64,000 nucleotides of DNA, from NCBI RefSeq assembly GCF_009914755.1, contig NC_060927.1. One strand, 5' to 3'. Shown here piece after piece: positions 43,053-57,851 of this stretch (position 1 is its first letter; every line of letters begins with the position of its first letter). The notes under the pieces were generated by a model. That model was not told the DNA's origin. It worked only from the letters and a program-made list of their open reading frames with translations, and made no database searches. The DNA is from the human T2T-CHM13v2.0 reference genome, Homo sapiens. Made by a program: the position numbers and the translations under genes.

Positions 43053-44053
43053 CCCTTCCCAAAGGAAGGCTGCAGTTGTTAAAAAGAAATAGTGTGCCAT
43101 TTTTCCAGAAAGAGAGGGATGTAAGAAAGATGGTAACACCACTGATGTTCAGAATGAGGGTTTATTGCTGCCTCTAATATACTTGATTTTAAATGCCACA
43201 GACTCCTGAATAGGCCGTGGCAATGACAGAATGTTCTGTCAGCAGATCCTGGAGGGACTGACATTCCTGGTCAGATCCATGGTGTGGGCATTAAGCTTCC
43301 AGTGTACCAACAACTCCCCAAAAAGGGAGGCCTCTAACGTTAACAGCCTGAAGGTGAAGCCATTAATGCATGTGAAGTGCACTTTCTGCTGAGAGAAGGT
43401 CTTGGGTATGTTTTCCAACTTTGGGTACACTTCCAGAACCATGCACGCTTAAGCACTCTCCTCCCTTCCAACTCCTTCCCGGCCACGCTGCTTTCCTTTA
43501 AAAACACCCGAGACTTTAAGCCAATCGCCACCTCCCGCTGCCCGGCAGAGTGGGAAGCGCTTCTCGCCTTTAATTTGCCTGTCTTGGTCTGTGCCCGTCT
43601 CTGGTGACACCATCCCGGCCCATGTGTCAGGATTCATCCTTCTCTGCTCCTTCCCTCTCCACTTAGGGTCTCTACAGGCTCATGTATCCCTGTAGCTATA
43701 TCCCTTCTCTCTGGGGCTGTTCCACGTAATTCCTGCCAGCCTCAGGACCAGGGGCAGGACCAGAGAAATGGCAAACTCAAAACAGAAGCTGATCACCTGG
43801 CACCTGTGAAATGCTACCCCAGGCAGCCCCCCTCATGTCCTTCTGCTTGTTCCTGGTTCCAGAGTAGCCAGCTCCAACTGCATTTTGCACAGAATTTCTG
43901 CACTGCTCAGTTTGTAAGTACAGGTTCTTCCACTGTAATCGGGTATCAACTAGCATTCTATCTGAAATGTATTTTTAAAGCTTTCTTCTCTTTGCCTTCC
44001 CTTTAATAAAAAGTGAAAAGTTGGCATTTTCCTTAGGGATATATATCAAATGA

Positions 44054-44387
<334 letters not shown>

Positions 44388-45557
44388 TCAAAAACTTTTT
44401 TTAATTTTTATTTATTTTTTCTTCTTTCTTCTTTTCCCTCAGGTTTCCTGCCTTTGAGTCAAAAACTCTTAAGACTGATTTTGTTCAAAGTGTTAAGACA
44501 AAGTAGTACCTCAGCAAATAAAGACCTTTGCCATCCCAAAATAAATGCAAATGGTTTTTGATTCCCTAGAAGTACTATTCTGTGCTGGAAACTGAAAGAA
44601 AGAAGGGAAACATAAAAATCAACTCTATTATAACAGGACTACAACTGAACAGAAAATTAAGGCCCTGGTGCACACATTATAAATGAGCAGACAGCTCTTC
44701 CAGTCACTACAGCAGAAGGCACTTAGTATCCCAGGATTAAATCCAGATCTAGAACCAAATTATTGCCTCACTGGTTTAGAACAAGGATGCCAGGCTGTAC
44801 TGCACCCCCTCTCCACCTCAGAATTGTGACTGTTGACCTATGGAACCAAGGAACAAGTCACCTGAAGACACAGTTGTCCTCCACAGTGTCTGCCTCCAAG
44901 CCCAGGGCTCGATACTTCTGGTTTCCTTTAAAATAACCCCTTATCCAGCCATCATCAAAAGACTTTCTTCGTCTATTTAAGCTATGTACACTGTCACCCA
45001 GGGTGGCAACTTTATTGCAGAAGCAATACCTAAAAACTGGTTCTTCCAAGTAGAACCTGGAAGGAGAAGGGAGGAAAAAAATAGGGGCTGGCAGGAAACC
45101 CAAAAGCAACCAATTACCTGTAGTTTAGTTAATAGTATTGTAACCATGTTGGTTTCCTGGTTTTGAGAACGTACTTTTGTTATATTAAGATGCTATCATT
45201 GAGGGCAGCGGAGAAGGGTACATAGAACATCTCTGTGTTACTTTTGCAACTTCTTGTGAGTCTAAAATTATTTCAAAATGTAAGAAAGCTACCAATCAAG
45301 GGTCATTTTTTAAGAGGTTAAAGGACTGAGGCCAATAATGACTTTAATAAACTATTCTTAATTGCTCAGTGTTTCAAAACCACCTTTAGCTTTTGACGGT
45401 TCTCAATAAGCTTTACTTTCAAGTTTATGTCCTTTCTTAAGGATTTTATGCTCTTTGTTAATGATTTTTTCTAAGGTTCTTATCCTGACATGTAGTTTCC
45501 AGTACTGAAATAAAATGGAAAACATGATCCTATATTTACACAAAATCCTGCTTAAAG

Positions 45558-46193
45558 CTTGGCAGTCCTTCAAAAAGTTAAACATAGAATTACCATATGA
45601 CCCAGCAATTCCACTCCTAGCTATAGACCCAAGATTATTGAAAACATATGTCCCCACAATAGTGTGTACATGAACGTTCATAGCAGCATTAGTCATAATT
45701 GCCCCAAAGTATAGGGTGTTAACTGTGGAGTTATTAAAAGAAAAAAGAATTGTCCCAAAGTAGAAACAGCCCAAATGTCCATAAACTAAAATATAGTATA
45801 TCTATACCTCCACAATGGAATATTATTTGGCCATAAAAAGGAATGAAGTACATGCTACAACATGGATGAACCTTGAAACATGTTGCTAAGTGAAAGAAAC
45901 CAGCTAAAAGACCCACACATTTTATGACGTATAGGAAATGTCCAGAATATGCAAAACTATATAGAGAGAAAGTAGACGAGTGGATACCAGCGGCTGAAAG
46001 GGGAGGGTGGGAGACGGTAGTTTAAGCAGTAACTGTTCACGGGTATGGGACTTCTTCTTGGAAAATGTTCTGGAATCAGACAGTGGTGTTGACTGTACAA
46101 CCTTGCAAATATACTAAGAACCACTGAATTGTACACCTTAAGTTAGTGAATTTTATGGTCTGTGAATTATATCTCAATTTAAAAAAATAAAAA
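45558..46193 (+). mobile_element. L1MB-type 3' end
   Basis: aaaagttaaacatagaattaccatatgacccagcaattccactcctag...ccactgaattgtacac..tgtgaattatatctcaat. Confidence 0.88.
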
Positions 46194-46432
46194 ATGTCCT
46201 GCTTAAAGTAGACAGAAATTCTTTTTAATTTTTATTTCCTTCCTGAGACTTACCTTGGAACAATTACTTTGCCTTCATGAAGTGTCTTTCATATTATGCT
46301 GAGGCTTGTCCTTGATTAGTCTGCGATAAGTCTGGCAAAGTCTTATATTTCACTCAACGAATAACTATTATGAGGCATGGGGGGTAGGGCAAGGAAGAAG
46401 ACACAAAAGCATTTCTAAAAATATACAATGGA

Positions 46433-46733
46433 GGCCCAGCGCAGTGGCTCACGCCTGTAATCCCAGTACTTTGGGAGGCCGAGGTGGGCAGATGACTTGA
46501 GCCCAGGAGTTCGAGACCAGCTTGGCCAACATGGTGAAACCCCATCTCTACTAAAAATACAAAAATTAGCCAGGTGTGGTGGTGTGTGCCTGCAGTCCTA
46601 GCTACTCAGAAGGCTAAGGCATAAGAATCGCTTGAACCTGGAGGCTGCAGTTAGCTGAAATCACGTCACTGCACTCCAGCCTGGGCGACAGAGCGAGACT
46701 CTGTCTCTCTCTACATATATATAGATAGATAGA
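46433..46733 (+). mobile_element. AluS with internal deletion; tail converted to (CT)n(AT)n(AGAT)n
   Basis: Alu dimer followed by ctctctctacatatatatagatagatagat. Confidence 0.92.
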
Positions 46734-47394
46734 TGAAAAACCAACCCCTATATACCTGAAAGCCCTCCCTAGAGTCAGGGGGGAGATACCCTGAGGCAAA
46801 TATGCATTTTGCATGACTGAAAATTTTGCTAACTGCCACATACCATTTTTCTCTCCCCACAAATTCTTCAGGTTTGCCTGTACTTCTCTTTGTAAATGTT
46901 AAAATTATATTTTCAAAATTTTAAGAGGCATCATTGGTTTCAAGTGTTTCTACATTTGGGAAACATATTCACAATGCTTGTAGGTCTTAGGAACTCGTAT
47001 TTTCATCAGATCTCTTCCTAGTCTTCATCTCTTCAGACTGAACCCTCTTCATAGTCTGGGTGTGTTTTCAGGAGGCAGTCAGCTCCTCCAACTGCTTGAC
47101 ACCACCAGCACTGGGCTCTCCACCACGACACCTTCCGCAAGACAGAGCTACACAGCATCCACACTGTGGTTTTGTATCAACATAGGATCACGGTTTCCAT
47201 TTTATTTCTAATACCAGAAATCATATCATAATGCTTAGCAGGAGATGTAACTATACCAAATAAGAATGATTTTTTTCCTTAACTGAGCATATATTGAGTT
47301 TTATGCATAAATACGGATTGTATGCAAACCTGCCGTTACTCAAATCACTTATTTTTTATTTTGGGTTCTTGTTGTTGTTGTTGTTTTTGTTTTT

Positions 47395-47587
47395 TAGAGT
47401 CTCATCTTCATCTAGGCTGGAGCCTCAAACTCCTGGGTTCAAGGGATCCTTCCACCTCAGTCTCCCCCATAGCAACGGGGTCTCACTATGTTGCCCAGGC
47501 TGGTCTCAGATTTCTGACCTCAATCGATCCTCTCTCCTTGGCCTCCCAAACCACTGAGATTACAGGCATAAGCCACCACACCCGGCC
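47395..47587 (-). mobile_element. Degenerate Alu/FLAM fragments
   Basis: ggggtctcactatgttgcccaggctggtctc..gattacaggcataagccaccacacccggcc. Confidence 0.8.
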
Positions 47588-49195
47588 TTCTCTAACTCTC
47601 TAACTCTTCTACAGGGACTGCTGTAAAAGCCAGTTGATAGTCAAACCAGACAACCATCTCTGCTCACACTCACACCTTAATTCTCATTTTAAAAACTGGA
47701 ATTATTAAAGTGTGGACATCTTTGGATTTGTGTGATGCAACTCTTGTCTAAGTTAAGTCTATCCTGAAGAAGAGAGACTTGCCACCATAAAGGATACTTC
47801 TTGGAGAGAACACCACAGGCTTTGAGAGCTATTCTAGATGAGGAGTTCAGAAAATGTAAATTAAAACCTTCCTCCACAATGGCTCTGAAACTACAAACTC
47901 TTTTGGAGGTGTGAATTTTTTTCCTAATTTTCAAAGATTATTGAATGAAAATAGCACGATTATATATACATTATGATAAGTATATGAAAAATACAAAAAG
48001 GTGAATAATACAGAGGACATAGTAAAAATGAAAAATAATTTTATGTTAAAGTGGATTATTTTTCTAGAATTTCATGTGTTATTGCTATACTGTTACTATG
48101 ATAAAAAAGAAAATACACTATTCTTATACAACACGATGTTCCAACATATTAAGGGTCTATAACAACTCCTATATCCCTTTCGGTCCAAACCCTGGACCCT
48201 GAGTCTGTCTTCACATAAGAGATTTCTCTTTCCCCAGAGGACATTACCAACCATCTGCCCACATAAGTGCTCAGCTGACTTTTTTCTACCCACTCACACA
48301 GCTCTGTAAGAGTTCCCTTCCTTTTCTCTCTCAATTCAGTATCTCACTAAACAAAAAGGCTGAGTGTTGCTTACAGTGAGAAGGTTTGCAAAAATCCTAA
48401 CTTCAATTAATCTCAACACTGATTCCTGGGCAGGCAACCCAATAGTTTAAGCTTCTCTATCCAGCAGGGCCAACTTACACTCTTCTTTTGTTTCTTATTT
48501 TCAAGACAATTAAAATAGACAAAATAAAACATTTCTCAACTATATGATGACTTGGAGCTTTCTTTAAAAACTCTTGGTGCAGACCATACAATGATAACCA
48601 CAGCAACAACAACGAGCTTTACTGAGTGCTTACCACATGCAGCACTGTGTTAATCCATTTCCAAGGCACTGAGCATCCCTGGTCAAACCTCCATCTGGTA
48701 CCCTCGGCCACTGCTCTTTGAAAATAATAAAAATTTTAACTTTGAAAAGTTCACTGATACAAAAAGTCCATTTAAGCCTCTGAACATGCCCATGAGGAAC
48801 AAAGGTGACAAAGACCCTAAGATGCTGAGAGATGGAGTAACTTGCCCAGGGCCTCCAAGCTAGGGACAGAGCCAGAGCTAGAACCCAAGAGAGCCAGCCA
48901 GATCCATGATCTTTCCACTGCTACAAGCTTCCCTGGAGTCTAAATAAACCATCTACAAATAGCTACTGCCAATGGTTTCCTAGACCATGGGATAGAAGAA
49001 AACAGCAAAAAATCAGTAAAATGTGAAAAAATCTGCCCCTTCCCAATAGCGTAATACTTTCCAATTTAGCCACATGCACATCTAACCCTTTGACATTGCA
49101 AGGCTTCTAATATGCAGAATATTCAATGATAAAAGTGGTGAACTAGAAACAGCCATGGGTTTGTGGTTACCAAGACCTGGGGCTGAATCGATTCA

Positions 49196-49561
<366 letters not shown>

Positions 49562-49849
49562 TTAAAGTTAGGTCAAGTGTTTAGCACATAGTAGGTGTGC
49601 AAAACTGTTTCTTTATATTACATTATAAGTAATTATATTACCGTTTCCTTATATTAAGCAACTCTAAGGCTTGCAGGGTCCCATGGTCACAAAACAAAAT
49701 ATCTCCACTCTAAAAGTTTGTCCTTGCAGAATGCTACAGACTCAAATGGAATTTGCTGACAGGAAAAAACACTTTTTCCTAAAAGTGGCGTGTTTCCTGA
49801 GCAACTTGCATTCACTAAGGAGTAAATCTACCAGCATCCTCCTAGAATA

Positions 49850-50425
49850 AACCACAGCATTATTCACAAGAGCCAAAAGTTGAAGACAACCTAAATGTTC
49901 ACTGACAAATGAATAAACAAAATGTGATACACCCATACAATGAAATATTACTCAGCCAAAAAAGGAATGAAGTGCTGACACATGCCAAAATATGTGTGAA
50001 ACTTGAAAACATTACATTTAGTGAAACAAGTCAAACTTCAAAGGACAAATATTGGATGATTCCACTTATGGTAGGTACCTGGACTAGTCAAGTTCAGAGT
50101 CGGAAAGTAGAGTAGGCAGCCACTACACCCTGAATGACTGTAATTTCTGCCATCAGTTGCTCCCTGATTTAAACAAAATTTAAAAACAAAAATAAATGAA
50201 AAATAAAAAATAAAGTAGAATGCCGGTTACCAGGAACCAAGGGAAAGAGAGAATGAGGAGTTAATGTTTAATGGGTATAGATTTTCTGTTTAGGACGATG
50301 AAAATGTTCCGGAAATAGATACTGCTGATGTTTATACAATATTGTGAATTTAATGCTGCTGAACTGTACACTTGAAAACGCTTAAATGGTAAATGTTATG
50401 TATATTTCACCACAATTGTTTAAAA
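49850..50425 (+). mobile_element. L1MB-type 3' end (contains a small insertion at 50112-50211)
   Basis: cagcattattcacaagagccaaaag..aaggacaaatattggatgattccactta..aatgctgctgaactgtacactt. Confidence 0.88.
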
Positions 50426-50641
50426 ATAGCAAAGATCTTCCTCTGTCCACAGGAGCCTGTCCACAGACACATCAATAAGAATATACTCTGCTTCCTGAGG
50501 TCTGAGCCTTGCCTCCCCATCACCATCTCGTGGCTCTGATCTCAGCCTGGCCTGACTCATTGTCCCATTATTAACAAGTCCCACCTCCCCCATGGGCCTT
50601 CCTGATCCCAGAGCATCCAGCCCTTTCTGTGGGCAACTCAC

Positions 50642-50846
50642 CGGGCCGGAGGTTCACGGCAATCTCCTGTGGTGTCATCTGAATGACGTCCCAGCCTGCA
50701 GAGCCCGAACCCTTGCTGCTGAGGGGCAGGCTCCTCAGGACATGGAAGCTGCTGGCTGGGCTCTCTATCTCACCTCCACAGCCATTTTTGACAAGGTTTG
50801 CCCTCAGATCACACCGAGAGGTGATGGACCGTGGGCTTCCGAAGTC
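50642..50846 (-). CDS. ITGB5: ITGB5 exon 3 (205 nt): [68 protein letters not shown](G)
   Basis: Not in the ORF track; translated by hand. Acceptor cctag|GAC, donor CCG|gtgagt; phase 0/1 matches exon 4. Confidence 0.96.
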
Positions 50847-51175
50847 CTAGGCAGGGAAAAAGAGGAAGAGAGCAGGAGGTGGTCAGGGTGTCTCCCGAAA
50901 ACATCGCATGTCGTGGCTGCGTCTCCATCTGGTTGACCTTAAATTCTCTACTTTCCATTTTCATTGTCTGAAAATGGAGGAAATGGTAATCCCTATCCCA
51001 GATGCTTCACCAAGTATTGTAAGGATTAACTGAGCTGCTGGACATGACAGCATTTTGTAAACTGTAAACACATAATAAAAATGTTCGGTTTTGTTGTTAT
51101 TTTGATGGTTAAAATGCTCCTAACTGCCTACATGATTAGCAAGAGAAACAGAAATGATCAGAAGTTGTATAGCTA

Positions 51176-51418
<243 letters not shown>

Positions 51419-52319
51419 TTAAGTTGTTCACTTATCATCTTTCACAGGCATTGGATGCTGGATAATCATTCAGGAGAACAATGTGGCAGTACAGGTCATA
51501 TCCACTGACCCAGTGCTCTACTCCAAGAAACTTATTACAAGAAAATCATCTAAAGAGAAAGGAGAAACTCTATGTGATATATACGGCAGTATTACTTATA
51601 ATATAATCTTTAAAACTTGCAAACCTAAATCCTTAAACCATAAGAATAACATAGCATATCACTTCAATAGATGACAGCCATTACAAATAATTATGGGAAT
51701 TAAGAAGAAATTTAAAATATTTACACTAAGGAGGAAAAAAAAACCCAAAATATAGAATTGTATTTATTAGGATTTGAAAGAACAATTTTAAATGAGGTGT
51801 TATAGTAAAGTGACAAAAACATTTTTGTTTTTATCTTTGTTGTTTGTATGATAACGACACATTGATAAGAAAAATCTTTCTTTGGGTTTGGGAGAAAGCT
51901 GGACATCAGAACAACTCAACCTCATTTGGGACACCAGAAGGTTAAGGTATTAACTTTAAAATGAAACAATATACTTTATTATAAATCATGAAGCCTCCCT
52001 GGTCATTTCCGGCAAAGGGGTTTCACCTTTTCCCTGGTGAATGTGAAAAACAAGATTCCCCCCACTCTGGCAGGCTGGAAGCCAATGCTGTCCTATGAGT
52101 CTTTCTGGAGGAGTTAGGACACTGGTCCCTTCCTCTTCCCTCTGGAACACTTTGCCAGAAGCCTCATGTGAGTCAGCATCCCTTGACCACTTTGTTAGAA
52201 GCCAGACTGCTGGCAGAGGCACAAAAATCAGAGGAATGCACCCTCCCTCAAGGTCTCAGATGTCCTGGAACTACCCAATGCCCTTTAGAATCCTTATAAA
52301 ATTCAAGATCAAGAAGTCA

Positions 52320-52495
52320 GCCTGGTGTGGTGGCTCACACCTGTAATCCCAGCACTTTGAGAGACTTGAGGCAGGAGGATCATTTGGGCTGGGAGTTCAA
52401 CGCTGCAGTGAACTGCGATTGTGCCACTGCACTCCTGCCTGGGCGACAGAGCAAGAGCCTGTCTCAGAAAAACAAAAAACAAACACAAAAAAGAA
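52320..52495 (+). mobile_element. Free Alu monomer (FRAM/FAM-like)
   Basis: Single arm with tail; TSD caagaagtca. Confidence 0.88.
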
Positions 52496-52729
52496 CAAGA
52501 AGTCAAGAAGACGCTGCAGTGTTTTTAAATAAGTAAAGCCAGATGTATTGTCCTAAGCCTATGGTATGTTTGTTTATATTCTGGGTTGTTTTTTTTTAAT
52601 AACGATTTTTTATTTGTGCATTAAATCCCCGAGGATCTTGCCTGTCAACAACCTCCAGGACTACATCAAAGGTATAAGTGGCTCCATAAACACTTGTTGT
52701 GCAACAAGGTTAGAAAAATGAGTTTTCTA

Positions 52730-52881
52730 GCCAGCCATGGTGGCTCATGCCAGCATTTTAGGAGGCTGAGGCGGGAGGATCGCTCGAGCCCAGGAGCTCC
52801 GGGCTGCAGTGGGCTATGATCCATGCCACTGCACTCCAGCCTGAGCGACAGTGAGACTTTGTTAAAAAAACAAAACAAAAC

Positions 52882-52945
<64 letters not shown>
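52730..52945 (+). mobile_element. Free Alu monomer followed by compound (TA)n(CA)n microsatellite (52882-52944)
   Basis: gaggcgggaggatcgctcgagcccaggag..gccactgcactccagcc. Confidence 0.88.
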
Positions 52946-52947
<2 letters not shown>

Positions 52948-52977
52948 ATACACATATATATATTATTCTGGCCTTAG

Positions 52978-53272
<295 letters not shown>

Positions 53273-54929
53273 TCTGGCCTTAGATTTAAAAGCAGAACTT
53301 TCTAAATGGGGTTCCAGGTGGTCAAGCTTGGCTCTGATATAGCAGTTCTAGTGAAGCAGTGAGAAGAAAAACACAGGGTTCTGGAAAAGGAGGGGTAACG
53401 ACCTGAGGGCCCTGCCAGTTTGGGTCTGCTGTCTTGAGCTGTCTGAAGTAGATGTCTAATTAGCTTTCCAGAGCTTGAAGAGCTCAGGGGCTTGCCTGCC
53501 CAGTGCTTACTCTGCTAGAGAATTTCTGAATTTCTCACTGGCAAACTGAGCCTTGCTATCCAGCCCCTCTGCTTCTGAGGAACTGACTATACTTGGCCCA
53601 GTTCTGTTTGTCAAGGTGCACCTGTTTTGATCAGTCCAGTGCACAGCCCCACCACCAGGGTGGCAACGGAAGCATGGTCAGTTTTTTCAGAGTAATGAGA
53701 ACCCCTGACACCTCTCTCACTGGTCTGGACCAGCTTACACTCTGGAATAGACTAGGGCACAGAGCCAACCTGCTTCACCTAAGCAGGAGGCAGGTGCACA
53801 ATTCCTTCAGTTTGGTCAATGAGATGATCCCCCCCACTGCTGGGATACTTGCACTGGCAGTGAACTTCATCTGAGCTTCCCAACATCCTGCTCAAAGGGA
53901 TTTTTGATGGATACTACCCATCATTGCAGAAGAACTTGTACAGGGCCAAATGTATCTGCTGGGACCATCAGGAGACTTAAAGTCCAAATCATATTTCCCA
54001 GACCTGAAGAACTGTGAGGCGGACAGGTCAGTGCCTATTACAACCCTAGTAGTGTCGCTGGCTTTCCCAAGTGCATGCTGTAGCAGCTCTGGGGCTTCTT
54101 TATTCTCTAGGATGTTAGGAGCAAAGCCCTCTTCATGCCCTTCACTGGTAGCAGTTTTCCCATGTTTCTCCTTAAAAACATTCTTCAGCTGAGGTTGTGA
54201 TAAACCTCAGCTCCAGTGCATACGAGGCTTCCCTAAAGTTAGCTGCACCAACAACAAGAATCATGGGCTCCTGCACTGTCACCTGGTTGCCAGTGTGGAA
54301 ACCACCATTAATCACATTAAAGCTGCAACTTGCAGGGTTGCACTGACTTCGGAAGCACAGACCAAGTCAGCAACATGATGGTACAAAGGGAGTCCTATTC
54401 TCAGCAACTCCAGCTTTATAGACAGCAAAGGACACACCATATGCCACGCGGACCAAAGTTAGATTTCTTCTCAGTGCCAGGCATCTCTATCATCAGTGTC
54501 AAAGTTCGCTTTCTTGCTATCTAGGTCAGGCCATATGGTTTTGTTGATGTGCTCAACAACTTTGAGGCATCTTTACCTATATATCGAGTCCTGTCATTAT
54601 TTTCCCAGAGCTCTAGGGACTCAGAGCCACTAGCTGAGGCACCACGGGGCAAGGCAGGTCTGAAGAAGCTTTTGAGGGTAAGGCAGCTACCTTAACAGGG
54701 AAATTCCCCTAAGAGGTAAAGATCTCTTTTGGCACGGAGTCCAAACAATTGCTGTGACTAATTTCTTTTGATTTATTTTTGACCCGATAAGGAAAGAGTA
54801 AGCCATAACTGATTTGTAGCTATAGGTTCTTGTTGCCCAAGAAAAGGAACTGAGAGTGCTGCGGACTCAACAGAGGGAGTTAGGCCACAAGCCAAGAGCT
54901 TCGCCTCTATTCCATGTGTTCCTTTCTAA

Positions 54930-55226
<297 letters not shown>

Positions 55227-55382
55227 TAGATATTTTAATTTTGAACAAGGATAGATGCATATTTAAAGAGAGAAAACCAAAATGACAGAGACCAGGGGCA
55301 TATCTAGTAATGGCTATGACCTTCCAGGTATACAAACATTATAAATCTGGAAAATGTCTCTTAACCCTTAGTAGTTTAAGGT

Positions 55383-55489
55383 AAAAAAAGAAAAAAAAAG
55401 AAAAAAAAGAAAGAGAGAGAGAGGAGAAAGAAAGAAGAAAGAAAGAAAAGAAAAAAGAAAAAGAAAGAAAGAAAGAAAGAAAGAAAAAA
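55383..55489. repeat. A/G-rich simple repeat (A-runs, GA, GAAA)
   Basis: Directly visible. Confidence 0.95.
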
Positions 55490-55509
55490 TGTCTCAAGAC
55501 CTATATTTC

Positions 55510-55815
55510 TTTTTTTTTTTTTTTTTTTTTTTTTTTGAGATGGAGTCTTGCTCTGTCATCCAGGCTGGAGTGCAGTGACACGATCTCAGCTCACTGCAAG
55601 GTCCGCCTCCCGGTTCAAGCCATTCTCCTGCCTCAGCCTCTGGAGTAGCTGGGACTACAGGTGCCCGCCACCACGCCCAGCTAATTTTTTGTATTTTTAG
55701 TACAGACAGGGTTTCACCGTGTTTGCTAGAATAGTCTCGATCTCCTGACCTCATGATCCACCCGCCTCAGCCTCCCAAAGTGCTGGGATTACAGGTGTGA
55801 GCCACCACATCCGGC
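55510..55815 (-). mobile_element. AluY/Sc-like with long poly-T
   Basis: Y-like diagnostics; 18-bp TSD ctcaa(g/t)acctatatttct. Confidence 0.93.
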
Positions 55816-55917
55816 CCCTCAATACCTATATTTCTAAGCTCCATATTCAATGAATACGGATGCCTCATATCATAAAGCCTTAGAGAAAAGGCAGACTGAT
55901 GTTTAAGAAAATCCTCC

Positions 55918-56172
55918 TTCCTAAGCAAATTAATGCAGGAACAGAAAACCAAATACCACGTTTTCCCTTATCAGTGGGACCTAAACATTGAGCACCCACA
56001 GACATAAACATGGGAACAACAGATACTGTGAACTACTGGGACAGGAGATTTTATGGGTCGAAAAACTACTTAATGGGTACTACGCTCACTACTTAGAGTG
56101 CAATATACCCATATAAGAAACCTGCACATATACCCTCTGTATCTAACATGAAAGTTGAAAAAAAAAAGAAAA
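55918..56172 (+). mobile_element. Older L1PA (about L1PA15/16) 3' end
   Basis: ctaagcaaattaatgcaggaacagaaaaccaaataccac..aacctgcacatataccc; TSD aagaaa(a/g)tcctcct. Confidence 0.85.
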
Positions 56173-56885
56173 AGAAAGTCCTCCTCACATGAATGACATC
56201 CTGATGTCTGATGGCGTAACAGTTTCAGATCCCAGAGACCTGACACTCAGACCCTCTGCCAGGTGTCAGACATAGCAAGTTCCAAGGGGAAGGGCCCTTG
56301 ACTGCATCACCTGGTGCCATCCCCTGGCTTCCACAGGTGGGGAATCAGAGGTTCACAGACCTAAGTTCACCCAAGAAGTTGAAGTTCATCTGGCCCTGGC
56401 TTCTTGGGCCCAAATCCAGTGCTCTTTGCAGCATGTGCCGCCTCCCATTTTAGCCAAGGCCACTGCCAAGTTCTGCAGCAGGAAACTAACTTTGGGCCCA
56501 AAGCTTCCATCCTTCTGAAGGCAGCATTTCTTTGCTGCCCCAAATTCAGAGATCTGTTACCTACCAAACATGAGGGATAAATATCCTTTTGCAGAGAAAC
56601 AGGTACAGAGGAGCCTCAACCTATAGAAGAGGAGGGGAGACTTCATCTCAACAGGCAAAAATGGCAACCTTTTGTTCCTTGAACAAAAGGAACCCAAGCA
56701 AGAAGGATGGGCTTCTAATGGGCCACAACACAACTGCTTGCAGATGCTCCCCATGCTCTATGCTGGAAGAGGTTCCTGTACACAAACAAAGCATTGATCC
56801 CTGGTCTCCAGAAATGCCCTTATCAAACTCTCCAAAGGGGAAAAGCAGCAGAATGGCAATAGAAAGTTGAAGTGTCCTTTGTGGC

Positions 56886-57212
<327 letters not shown>

Positions 57213-57390
57213 TAAGTGGTAATAATATAAAAGAGAAAAGAGAGGTGTTTAAAATTTAGATTGTTTTTAGTTTGTTATAACACTGGTGTTTGCAACTTAT
57301 TGTAAGCCACCATGCTCACTCACCCCATCATCACTGTTACATGGAAGATAAGATGAGGTCTGCTACTTATTATAATATGTTAACACCTGA

Positions 57391-57851
<461 letters not shown>

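Noticed and set aside
50112-50136. 5S rRNA pseudogene call
   Set aside because: Similarity is limited to about 25 nt with several mismatches; kept only as a hypothesis in findings
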